64,000 nucleotides of DNA from the human T2T-CHM13v2.0 reference genome, Homo sapiens, in NCBI RefSeq assembly GCF_009914755.1, contig NC_060936.1. One strand, given 5' to 3'. Shown in pieces: positions 53,180-64,000 of this stretch. Both the position numbers and the translations under genes were made by a program. The notes beneath the pieces are model-generated. The model was given only the letters and a program-made list of their open reading frames with translations, had not been told where the DNA came from and made no database searches. Position 1 is the stretch's first letter; each line of letters opens with the position of its first letter.

Positions 53180-55760
53180 GCTATCATCACCATTATCATC
53201 ATCCAATCTCCTCCCCACTCCTTGTCTTCCAGAAGCTCCCCAACTCCCATGTTCACACCCTTAAACTTGTCATTATCAATAGCTTTCAAATAATCTCAAT
53301 TTTTAAATAACTTACTCCTCAATCACCATGTCGTATCTTCCACCGCATTGTTTTCTAGTACTGCAACTATAATAATCCTTTAACTCCATCAGTACTGTTA
53401 AGCTATTGATATACTACCTCATCCATCACTGCTTTCCATACCATTTTCACCTTCCTTACCATCTAAACTTCAGATTCAATTAATTTAAGTTTCTTGCATA
53501 CATTCTTAACTTATCTACCTACCATTAATTTTTTTGTATCTCTTGATGAAACCAGAACTCTGGCTAAAGCCATCAGCTTAGTTCCTTTGAGTCTCCATGG
53601 CAGAATGTAAACCACACTCTAGGATTTACTAATCTCTTTAATTGATGATCGATAATCTTAGGTGGGCCCGAAATGCTGCTTGGTAACCATATTTTATATT
53701 ATATTACTCTAGTCCAGTCTCTCTCTCTCGCTATATGAGATGATTATTTGTCATTTAATCCATATTCCCCAAAGCCACTGTCTTCCCTCCTTTCTTCATC
53801 CCAGAAGGTAACTTCAATTCCTACTTCATTCAGAAAGTTTACGTTATCAGTAGAACTTCCACATACTTCTACTACCACATTCTCCTGCCTGTTTACATCC
53901 AGATCTGACATACTTTACCTTCTTTCCTGTATCAGTATCTATCCTAACTAAGGCCAACTATACACTTCCTTTCTCACCCCCTCAACTATTAATGGGTATT
54001 ACTGTGGACAAAATTGTATCTTCTCTCTCCATTAGCAATATTCCCTCTCACAACTGGGTCATTCCTGTAGCTTATAACCATGATATTCTAACCTCCAACT
54101 TGGGAAAAAAACAAAACAAATGGAAAATGTTATTTAGACCAATGTTACCTGTCAGCCACAACCATAGTTATGTCCTTCCCTTTAAGCAAAACTTCTTGAA
54201 AGTGTTGCTCCAGTTTCTCTCTTCCCCTTCTTTTTGCCCCCACTCCAATCAGAATTTTTCTTGTACCCCTCATCTGAAATTGCTCTTTCCAAGTTTCTCA
54301 GGACTTCAATGCTACCAATGTAGTGGTCATTTCTTAGTCCCCATTGTAATTGACCTTTCTGGAGCATTTGATACAGTACTTAATCACCCTCGGTCTTCCA
54401 TACAACACATTCTTGATTTTACTTATAAAATATTACACTTAAATATTTTCTTTTGATGCCATTAGCCACATCTTTTCAGTATCTATTTTTGGTTCTTCCT
54501 TTCCCCTTAAATTCTCAATGTTCAAAAGTTTGGCTCTTGGATCTCCTTTCCATATATACTTGCTCCATAAATGACCTTGCACCTTCTCATGACTGTAGCT
54601 CATATTTATAGGCTGATGCCTCCTAAATTTATATCTTCAGTTTCAACTTCTCCTGAACTCTAGACCTATATATAAACCCTCTTTTCAGTATTTCCACTCA
54701 AATGCTTAACAGGCATCTCTGACTTCGCATACCTAAAATTCATCTTCTGAAATTCTCCTCCAAACCTGTTGATCAGGTCAAAAACATTGGAGCCATGCTT
54801 TGACTTTTCCTCTCTCTTCTTTCAGCTGCATAACTTTCTATTAGCAAATTTATTGGTTCTGCCTTCTAAATAAATCCAACACTTAATCACTTCTCATCAC
54901 CTCTGCTGCTGTTACCTGGCCCAAGGTATTATTATTTATAGTCTAGATTATCTTTGTAGTCTATGATTTGGTGTTCCTGTTTCTGAATATACCTACCAAT
55001 GAAATCCTGTCATAACCTAAGTTCAATCATGTCCGAGCCTACCTAAGACTTCCCAACTCACTCTAATTATCTACTCTCCCTGCTATCTCCCTGAACCTGT
55101 CTTCTGTTATCCTCCCTTTTGCTCACTCTGCTTTAGCTATACTATCTACCTACTCTTCCTAGAATATACCAGCCATGCTCTCACCTCAGGGAATTGCACC
55201 CATTCTTTCCTTTACCTGGAATGATTTTCCCTTGGATTTAAAAATGCCCTCATTTCTTTCAGGCCTTTACTCAAAAATCACCTCTCATAGAGGTCTTCTA
55301 GGTGTACTCTGTCTAAAATTTCAACAACACGTCACACGGTTCTATCCATCTTCATTGGTTATGTTTTTTTCTCCATAACACTTATCAGTATTATTTGCTT
55401 TTCATTTGAATAGTAGTGTCCTATAGAACTTTCTGTGGTGATAGAAATGTTCTATAAATCTGATTGTCTAATATATGTTATCCACTAGTCACATGTAGCT
55501 ATTAAACACTTGAAGCTAGTCTGAGAAAGGAACTGAATTTTTATTGTATTTTACTTTAATTTAAATTTTAAAAACCTCCCTTGGCAAATGGTTACCATAC
55601 TGGACAATGTGTGTTTAGAATGTAAACTTTCAGTCCCCCACTGGAATATAAATATCATGAGAGCAGAGATTTTTTTTCCTTCTGCTTTGTTCATTGCTGT
55701 ATTCCTAGACATACCCTGGCATATAGTAGACAATATTTTTGAAGGAATGAACAAACTGAT
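53180..55760 (+). mobile_element. Long L2 fragment (ORF2 RT region to 3' end), interrupted by MER3
   Basis: RT motif remnant HFLVPIVIDLSGAFDTV in ORF 53992-54456; L2 3' end CCTGGCATATAGTAGACAATATTTTTGAAGGAATGAA. Confidence 0.85.
55412..55612. mobile_element. MER3 (hAT-Charlie)
   Basis: ATAGAACTTTCTGTGGTGATAGAAATGTTCTATA...CCACTAGTCACATGTAGCTATTAAACACTTGAA...CCATACTGGACA. Confidence 0.88.
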
Positions 55761-55889
55761 CATTATAAAAATTATTATAATAATGATCAAATAAGACATT
55801 GAAAGACAATCCTAGTTCTTGCCCTGCCACTCAATAATGTGGTGATTTTTCAGAAGTTACTTACTTTCTTGGAACCCAAGTTCCTTCAT

Positions 55890-56250
55890 TCATATTTTTC
55901 TCTTTCATTTAATAAACATGTATTGAGATCCTCCTGTGTGCCAGGAATTATGGTAGATATTGATGTACAAAGGTGACAAAGATGTAGTGCTAACAAAGAT
56001 TTAATTAGGAATAAAGAGAAGTAAAATTTATTAAAGCTTCATGATACTTTTAAAGACGGAGATGTGAATTGCTATGGGAGAAGACAGAAGAAATAAAAGA
56101 CAGCCTTAATGGTCAAGGGAATAATTGATGAAAGGGAAAATGCAAGACTTTCTTGAAGATAAAAAAGGTTTGAAATGTTTAGAAAGAAACAGCATTTTAG
56201 TATAAAGGCAACATACAGTATATTCAAAATTCACTCCTTCCTATAACATG
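55890..56250 (-). mobile_element. L2 3' end (antisense)
   Basis: TCATTTAATAAACATGTATTGAGATCCTCCTGTGTGCCAGG. Confidence 0.7.
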
Positions 56251-57006
56251 AAATGTGGAAATGTGGGATATTTAGGCATAAGGCATTGCACAATGACTCT
56301 GTGTGCTATTATTAGGTCACAGTGTAAATATGCACAAATACTCTTATAAGATCTGAAAATCCTTCAGCTATTTTCTATTACAAAATTCTAAAACAATACG
56401 TATTTGTTTTCTACTGTTGTTCCCGTTTATATTGCTTTTTTTGTTTCCATTGCCTTTTTTTCTTCCATGTGAGAAGTATATTCCCACTTATAGTTAGTGA
56501 ATATTTTACCAATTTTCATCTTTTCATTCTTAAACAGGCATGCAAGTTATAAAAACTCAAAATGAAAAATGTAATTGTGGCTTAAAAAATATGTATAATG
56601 TCGTTGGCCTACCGATTGATATATGTATAGTATATGATTTTAATATTTTAGATACCTCACCAGCTCCATAATCAGTCAGATACACTTTCCAAGAAACTTT
56701 AAAGCAGAGAAGCCTGAAGGCTGTGCAAGTGCAGAGCAGCTTCTGTTAGATCTTCAGCAGAATACAGGTTTTGTGTGTGTGTCTCATTCTACTGCTGAGG
56801 ATTAAGTGACAGTGGAATAAAAATTACTGGTAATGTGATAAAGCAGGGCAACTTTTCACCTTTCACACCAGCCAAAGGACATATTGGGTATCTCCCCTGA
56901 AAGCTAAGCTTGTTGTCATAGTTTAATACAACTTTTCAGGTGTATACTAAAGAAAGAAGAAAATAAATTAGTCTGTAGGTTTTTATGTCAATATAGATAA
57001 TAAAAA

Positions 57007-57162
57007 AGAATGATAATTGAACTTGCTAATCTGCTGTATTACTTCAAAGTAAAAACATGTTGCAACATATATTTCTAAGTAAATACATGTTGCAAAGTGC
57101 AAAGTGCAACATGTATTTACTTGGAAGTAATACCACAGATTAGCAAATTCAATTATAATTCT
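57007..57162. repeat. Inverted repeat with 58-bp arms (6 mismatches) and a 40-bp spacer
   Basis: 57007-57064 matches the reverse complement of 57105-57162. Confidence 0.95.
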
Positions 57163-59779
57163 AAGTAACTATTACTACAGGACTTGCTGGAACCAGTTGG
57201 GTGCTTATGTATGAGATATTTGCCAAGCTGCATAAAAGAAAAGGGCTAGAGTTTAAAACATAAATGTGACTTTGTATTTAATTTTACAGAGCATGATTAA
57301 CTAGTTTATGATGTCACTCGGAATATTATCATTAAAATTAGATTTAAAGAAATGGAGGGTTTTTATGTATTTTAAGAATAACTTTTTAAAAATTAGGATG
57401 TATATGGAATTTCTGCATTTAAGAGGATGACATTAAAAGCAAGTCTCTATAAATTCTTTATCCTTGAAATGAAGGTAATAATAGAAAATTTTTGGTTTGT
57501 GAAAATACCAATAAATTAGATGAATTATGCAAAGTGTAGTGTATTTCCTGCCACGTAATGCATGCTCAAAAATGATACCTATTGATATTCTTTACCAAGG
57601 AATAATAGTATAATTCCAAAAATATTGTTGCATGAATGCTTTCCCTCAAGAACACATCCAAATTTAATCACAGAGATACTGGAAATCATTCATTGCTATG
57701 TTCATAACTAAAAGTATAGAATACTATTTTTGATGCGTTCTTAATGCCATTCTACAGGTATGGTTTGTCGTTAAACAGCTAGATTCCACTTTCAACTCCA
57801 TAGAACTTAATATTATCTAAAGAAATATTTACCACTTTGAATCACTATTGTATGAATTCATAGATCTTTACAAAGTGAGGGAAACTTTTCTCTACTGCTT
57901 TACTTTACAGATTAAGAAAGTTAGGAGTTTTCTGAATGCCATTCAGGGAGTGTCAGTGCGAGGTAGGATGAGGGTGTCTGCTTCCAACTTCCAGGATTTT
58001 GTGGCACCTTCTATCATTCTTTTAGAATTATTTATCCTTGTTAGGTCAGTCTCCATTTCCCTATTAAAAATGGTTCATCAGTTTCTTTCATTAGAAATAA
58101 CTTTTCTCTGCCAAATTATTTCATCACAAAAATAGTATTTTATAGATTTTAAATGACTTCTTTACTGCTTAATAACACTCTAAGATAGATGAGATGTATT
58201 TTGAAAACTATGCTAAAGAAAATGTTGTATAGTGTTATCATTATTATCCTACCTGGTGAATAATAAATGCTTTTATTTTTCAATATGTTTGAGCCTTTCA
58301 AAAAATATGAAGTTATTCCATCACTGTCCTTAGTATTCTTTGGCCATGCTACTCATTTTTGTTCTCTTAATCACCGCTCATAAATTAGTTCCTTAGGCTT
58401 CAGACATTTCACTTGTCTTTTCTTGAACAGCCTCCTACATGTTCTTATTATTGTAATTTAGTTTTTGAGTGTTGACAGTTTACTTGGCACTGTTTACAGC
58501 ATAACATCTTTTTTTCAGAGGTGACTAAAATTGCCACATTGTGTTTAGTGTGTTCTCAGGAAGTCACAGACTGAACTTTAAGTGGACTAAGCCATTCTAA
58601 TCTTGTATGGAATATGAAGAAGCAATCAAAATTCAGTCAGTGGTTAGATTTCAGAAGCATTTTTTAGTCTCAATCTCGTTTCTCCTCCAACCACGTTTAA
58701 AGCTATTTTAGTTAAAGTGATCAGTGAGTACACATCTAATTTAATTTGTCTTAGACCTGTAAATTATCAGAATGCTACTCTGAATTCCAGTGGCGTTCAC
58801 ACTGAAATTAAAAGTGACGTGAGACTCTTTTGAGAAGGGTCTTGGGAATATAAAGAATGGCTATTTTTAGGTAGCCAAAATGTATGTTTTTAAAGAATCA
58901 ATATTTTTAAATCTATTGAAAGCACAGAATAAAGTTTTTAGTTGTAGATTAGTGGAAATATTAAGTGTATGGCTTTCAAGTAGATCTTCCACTTTAAAAA
59001 TAGAAAAAAAATGAAGGATAGGGTAAAAGAGAAAGAAGGGGAAGATTGGATTGATTTCAGGTACTATGACAGACAGCTTTGTTTGTTTCATACAATCTTC
59101 GTTTTCTTACTGCTCTTGGATATTGAATTATGTGGTCTAAAATCTTATTAACCAGTTTCTGATCCACTAGATTATAATGATTGTGTTAGTTGTGAGCAAG
59201 TTAGTAAATAACATTAAAAATTAAAAGGGTACAGAACCAAGGACCAGGAGATCTGATTTCTAGTCTTGGATTCTCCGTCTTGGGCTGTCAGAGATGCTGG
59301 CTGTGGTGTTTCAGGTCACGTTTTTCCTTACCTTCCTGTCCTGAGACGTTGCAACCTCAACTAAGCCCCTCCAGAAACTCACCACCCAGTAATCATTATA
59401 TACATAATCTGAAAAAAATTAGGAATTGTATGGGAAACAATACTTGAAAATCAGATTGTCTAGAGATTTATGCTTTATGATCAATACATAATAGATCAGA
59501 ATAGAGATATGCAAAGTCACCTCAGAAAATTTTAAAAGCATCTAGATTACAATAGTAATTATACTAAATTCATTTACTTATCTAAAGAAGGATGACAATC
59601 AAAAGGAGTGATCATGAGGCAAAACTTGTCAGTATCTATCCAAACACTGACTGGTGTTGGAGGAACTTTAGCCAACTGATATTGAGTATTACAATTCTGT
59701 CAGCAAGATCATTAAAAATATGAGATGGACATATATATATATATATATAATATATATATGTTGTATTTAGAAGGAGTAA

Positions 59780-60700
59780 AACTACATATTCAGATAGAGT
59801 GAGGTATTTAGTCATGAAAAGATGAGTTAGTCCCTGGTGATGACGTTAACAGTTTCATCATAGGCTGACAATGGAGCAGTGGCTACTTATGAACAGAGGA
59901 TAGAGGAAAAGGTGTACAAAATCTCAGATACTGTGGAAAGCCAAATTACTAGAAAATTATTTTGCAGCATTGGGACACTGTTGAGATTACATTTGAAGTT
60001 TGATATCATGAAATTTAAAGGCACCAGTTAGTATGGTTTTGTGATCTAATCCAGCAATTTTCAGGTCTTTAGTAGAGATGCACTTGAGATCATCCTGGGT
60101 TAGGTATTTTCCAGATAAACATCATGAAGAGAGGAGTAAATAATTCAGAAATGCTTTCAAAGGAGTTGTTGTAAGAATTAGCCATCTAATTTAAGTTCTA
60201 TAACAAAGGAACAAAAAGTAGGGTAACTTGATAAATACCGGAGGTTTCAGTGAAGTAATAGCATTTGCATATTGGGAATCTTGGAGAGGCTAAAAAACTG
60301 TTAATAGTGAGAGTATTTGAGCAAGTGAAATGAACTGACAGTAGTTTAAGTTGGTGAGGGCGATGTTTACATTTTAATTGTGTTGGGGGGGAGGTAGTGT
60401 CATATTGGTTAATGACAAATTTTAGTTTATGACCATGCAGTATATAATAAGGTGGAATATGACAAAAAAGAGAGAGACAAAAGGTCAGGGGAAATTTAAA
60501 AATGTTGAGAAACTTAAGAAGCCACATGTATACTGATGTCACTATGAAAGATGATTGGAAATGGAACAGAGATAGAGTCTTAGCCATAAGCCAGTATGAA
60601 GAGGTGAGTAGAGACCCAGGTTCCAATAGATAATAACAACAAGGAGGTTGGAGAGGGTGCTATGAGTTGATGGAAATAGCTTCAAAACATACAGTAAAAA
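59780..60700 (-). mobile_element. Degenerate L2 (antisense)
   Basis: Purine-rich pattern (AGAGGATAGAGGAAAAGGTG...ACATTTGAAGTT...CATGTATACTGATGTCACTATGAAAGATGA). Boundaries approximate. Confidence 0.5.
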
Positions 60701-61106
60701 GGCAGAAATTATAAAGCAGAGTATTACATGGTGGGTTTAATACAGCAACCTGAATGTTTAAAAAAATCACTTCTGGGGGTGATTAGGATGACCATGGATT
60801 TGGGACATAATGGGTCTGGGCCAGGTGGAAGAGCATGGGCACTCACTCACTGCTAATTCTCTGAGTTCAAACACTTCCTTTAGTGACATCCTGGCATCCA
60901 GTGCATATTCTCTTAGCTACACACTGGAGTGAGGCCCTATTGGCTGTGAGCAGCTCTTTAAGCAAGTAACAATTTGCAGATAAATGATAATGTCTTGAAC
61001 TAAGATGGCAAATGATCAATATGAGTTTGCCCCTGGGAGATGGATATGCTTTCAGATTACTAACAAAAATAGTATTGGAGCTTTCAAGTACAAGAACCTA
61101 TCGTCA

Positions 61107-61316
61107 TCCAGGTGTGGTGGCTCATGCTTGTAATCCCAGCACTTTGGAAGCCAATTAGCTGAGCGTGGTGGAGCATGGCTATAGTCCTAGCTACTCAGGA
61201 GGCTGAAGTGGGAGGATCACTTGAGCCCAGGAGTTTGAGTCTGCAGTAAGCTAAGATTGTGCCACTGCACTCCAGCCTGGATGACAGAACAAGATCTTTT
61301 CTCTTAAAAAATAAAT
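61107..61316 (+). mobile_element. AluJ with internal deletion of most of the left monomer
   Basis: ...CCCAGCACTTTGGAAGCC|AATTAGCTGAGCGTGG... junction near 61152. TSD AAGAA(C/A)CTATC(G/A)TCA at 61092-61106 and 61317-61331. Confidence 0.92.
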
Positions 61317-63859
61317 AAGAAACTATCATCAAGCAATGTTTAGATAATGAATGCCATTATGTGACACCTATGGGATGACAATCAGTTGTTATTTCCCCAT
61401 GAAAAGACATACACTTTTATACTTTGTAGCGTACTTTTTTTCCTAGTAGAGGAAAATAGGAACCTAGAAATTCTGAAAGTTTATTAACTTCTTAAGTGGG
61501 AAATATCAAATAATTAGGTGTCCTACCTAGATACTTGTCTGAGATGATTTTTCCAATTTGTCTCAACTTTCATGTTGTAATTCATTTTTGTCAATGAAAA
61601 ATTGCAAAATACCTTTTCACTTCAGGTTATTAGTGGTGCCATTAAGTTGGGTGAAAGTTGTGTCATCTATATGATGTCACTGGATACTCAACACATTCTT
61701 ATTAATCATATTTATGTGTGGTTTGCATAATTGAGTTAATAAGTATGCACTTTTCCTTTTAGTCATTTATTCTTCGTATTAAGGTTACTGTTAAGGCCTA
61801 TACAATTTACACAATTTCACAGAATCCATAAACATCGAAGGAATCTATTGGTATTATAACTCATCATGCGGATTACCATGCTGCCCAGGTGGGCATTGTC
61901 TTTGCCTTTCCTATCATCTCCTTTTGACTTCATGCTTCATGTAAATCTTCCGGGACAAAAGTAGAAAGTAGCATGTCTCTCTGTTTCGGTTTCCCTGCCT
62001 CTCTCTCTTTATTCTGTCTTTATTAAATGCCTCATTCTAATTCCCAAATCATTATTTTTTGACATTTTCATTCCTATCATTTGGTTATAATTTTATAGCT
62101 TTTAATCCTTTCATTGCACCTGTGTAAACTAAAGCCTTTTATGGTTCATCTTTCTCTACAAGAAGCCCAACCCTTTCCCTCCCCACCCCTTAATTCTAGT
62201 ATAAGTTGCATAGATAGGTGATTTTGTGGTTCTTAAAAAGATTACATAGCAAAGGGATGGATCCTCATCATGTAAACATAATAGTTTCATTAATTTTTGG
62301 CTTAAAATAGGTCTTCATTTGTCACTTAAAATTGACCTATCAAAAGTAAGCATCTGAATGTGGAATGACGAGTTCAGGAAAAGCTAAACACACTGTTCAA
62401 TAGCACAATGTGGCTTGCTGACAATTTAGCTGACCCTACACCTGGAAAGTGCTATCCAGTCATGTGCCTTTGTGGAAAAGCTAAAAGTAAGTTTAGGAAG
62501 GGATTCATTCTTTCAAATAATTAAAACTTAATGAGCATCTCTTATTCTTCTACTGAGTAGTCTGCAAGCTTTCACATTTGCAAGATAGTTCTGTGTCTAC
62601 AAAGAGGTCAGTTATGGCCATACCACTTGTGGAAATCTAGATTTGAAATTTCAGGACTCAGGTTCTTCCCAAAAATTAGTTCAGGATCTACCAGGAATTA
62701 TTGGAGCCTTAGCTTGCAGGTGTCCACATCAGTTATTGCTAACATATTTCCTCACTGTTTGCAGGGTTCTTTAGGATTCCCAATACAAAAGAAAAAAAAA
62801 AACACTTCTGACTCATATTTAGGCACCTCTCCGTTAGCACTGTCTACCAAAAATAACTTAATTTTCTACTCCCGTCCACATGGATAGTCTTATGTCCACT
62901 CTAAAAGGGTATGCTTCCTAAAATTAAAAAAAAAAAAACAGACAACACACCTCCTAAAATGATGACCTACTGGAATTTCCAAAATGGCACCTATTTCCTA
63001 TGTTAGTATATTAATATAACTGTGGGATATATGTTAGCATATGAGTATTAAGTTATTGTTACATAGTATAGTTGCAGCTGAGTACAAATATTGGTAAAGC
63101 AAATAATAATAATAATAATAACGCTATGTAATGAACAAAGGAAATCACCGAAAGACATTGGGATTGACTTAGCTAAGGAGGACAAGGTAGGTGACCATAT
63201 GACAGAGGACATTTTATCTGAGTATCTATGCAAAGTTCATATATTTTTCTTTTTATTTTCCTAGTTTATTTTGAGAGTCATTCAGATGCCAAATGGCATT
63301 TGTATGCTCAAAAACTCTTTCTTGAAATACTTGCATTTCAGAATGGAATGGCCCAGTACTATTTTCCTCCACTAAAGTATTACTTTGTTATTAGATTTAA
63401 GAAAGTTTCATGGTCTCTGAGAGACTTGCTCTCAAGTCTCTTCACCACTTGTGATTATGTATAGCAGTGTTTATCCCGAGACCCATCAAGATCTTTGCAC
63501 TACCGAGTCAATTGGAAACAAAATGGGGGAGGTTGTCACTCTATAAAATAAATTATCATGAAAATCTAAAGCATACATGTTTGTTTATTAAATTTCTGCC
63601 AAGACAGGTCCTCAATGTGTTTATGCCAAGTATCTTTTTTTTGGTCTGGTATAATTCCTTTTACCTAATAAATGGTAAATATTGTATACTGCTAATAAAA
63701 TTAAATGTAAAATATTCAAGCTTAAATATGTATATACTTTTTAACTTTATTCAAATGTTTGTTCAAAATTTATGAATCAAATAAGAAACTGCTCTTAAGA
63801 CCTTTTAAGAAAATCATGAGTTAAGTGGTAGAAAACAGTGACATTTTACATTTGTATGG

Positions 63860-64000
63860 CATTGTAAAGTTTATAGCATCCTTTTACATGTGTTACCTCA
63901 TTTGAATTTCAAACAATTTATCAGTTAGAGAAGGATATGATCATCATTTTCCAAATTATAGAAATGAAGTACAAAAAGGTTAAATGGTGAAAGATCACAG
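63860..64000 (-). mobile_element. MIR SINE remnant running off the window end
   Basis: CTCATTTGAATTTCAAACAA...ATAGAAATGAAGTACAAAAAGGTTAAATGG...AAGATCACAG. Confidence 0.65.

Noticed and set aside
53992-54456. 154-aa ORF with a reverse-transcriptase-like motif (DLSGAFDTV)
   Set aside because: Short in-frame patch of a decayed L2 ORF2; not a functional RT or a novel retro-system.

Overview
AT-rich, repeat-dense primate (almost certainly human) genomic DNA from inside SLC16A7 (monocarboxylate transporter 2, MCT2), which lies on the + strand. One coding exon is present: acceptor AG at 37341-37342, ATG at 37373, donor GTAAGC at 37590, giving 217 coding nt (TM1-TM2). A probable alternative non-coding first exon ends at 22042. 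The rest is intron filled with LTR elements (THE1, MLT1, MER52, MER34, MER65), L1, L2, MIR, Alu, DNA transposons (two MER82, MER3, MER5, Tigger4a, Kanga/MER104) and microsatellites. Repeat subfamily names are my recollection of consensus sequences and need RepeatMasker confirmation. I found no new multi-gene system. The most notable signals are: (1) an antisense esterase D (ESD) retrocopy, truncated at both ends, inside a 19-bp target-site duplication; (2) a uORF-packed alternative leader for MCT2; (3) an AATAAA 13 nt into the intron after the first coding exon; (4) two template-switch-like scars, a 103-bp dispersed duplication and a 58-bp-arm fold-back palindrome; (5) a candidate cryptic exon created at an Alu/L1 junction.
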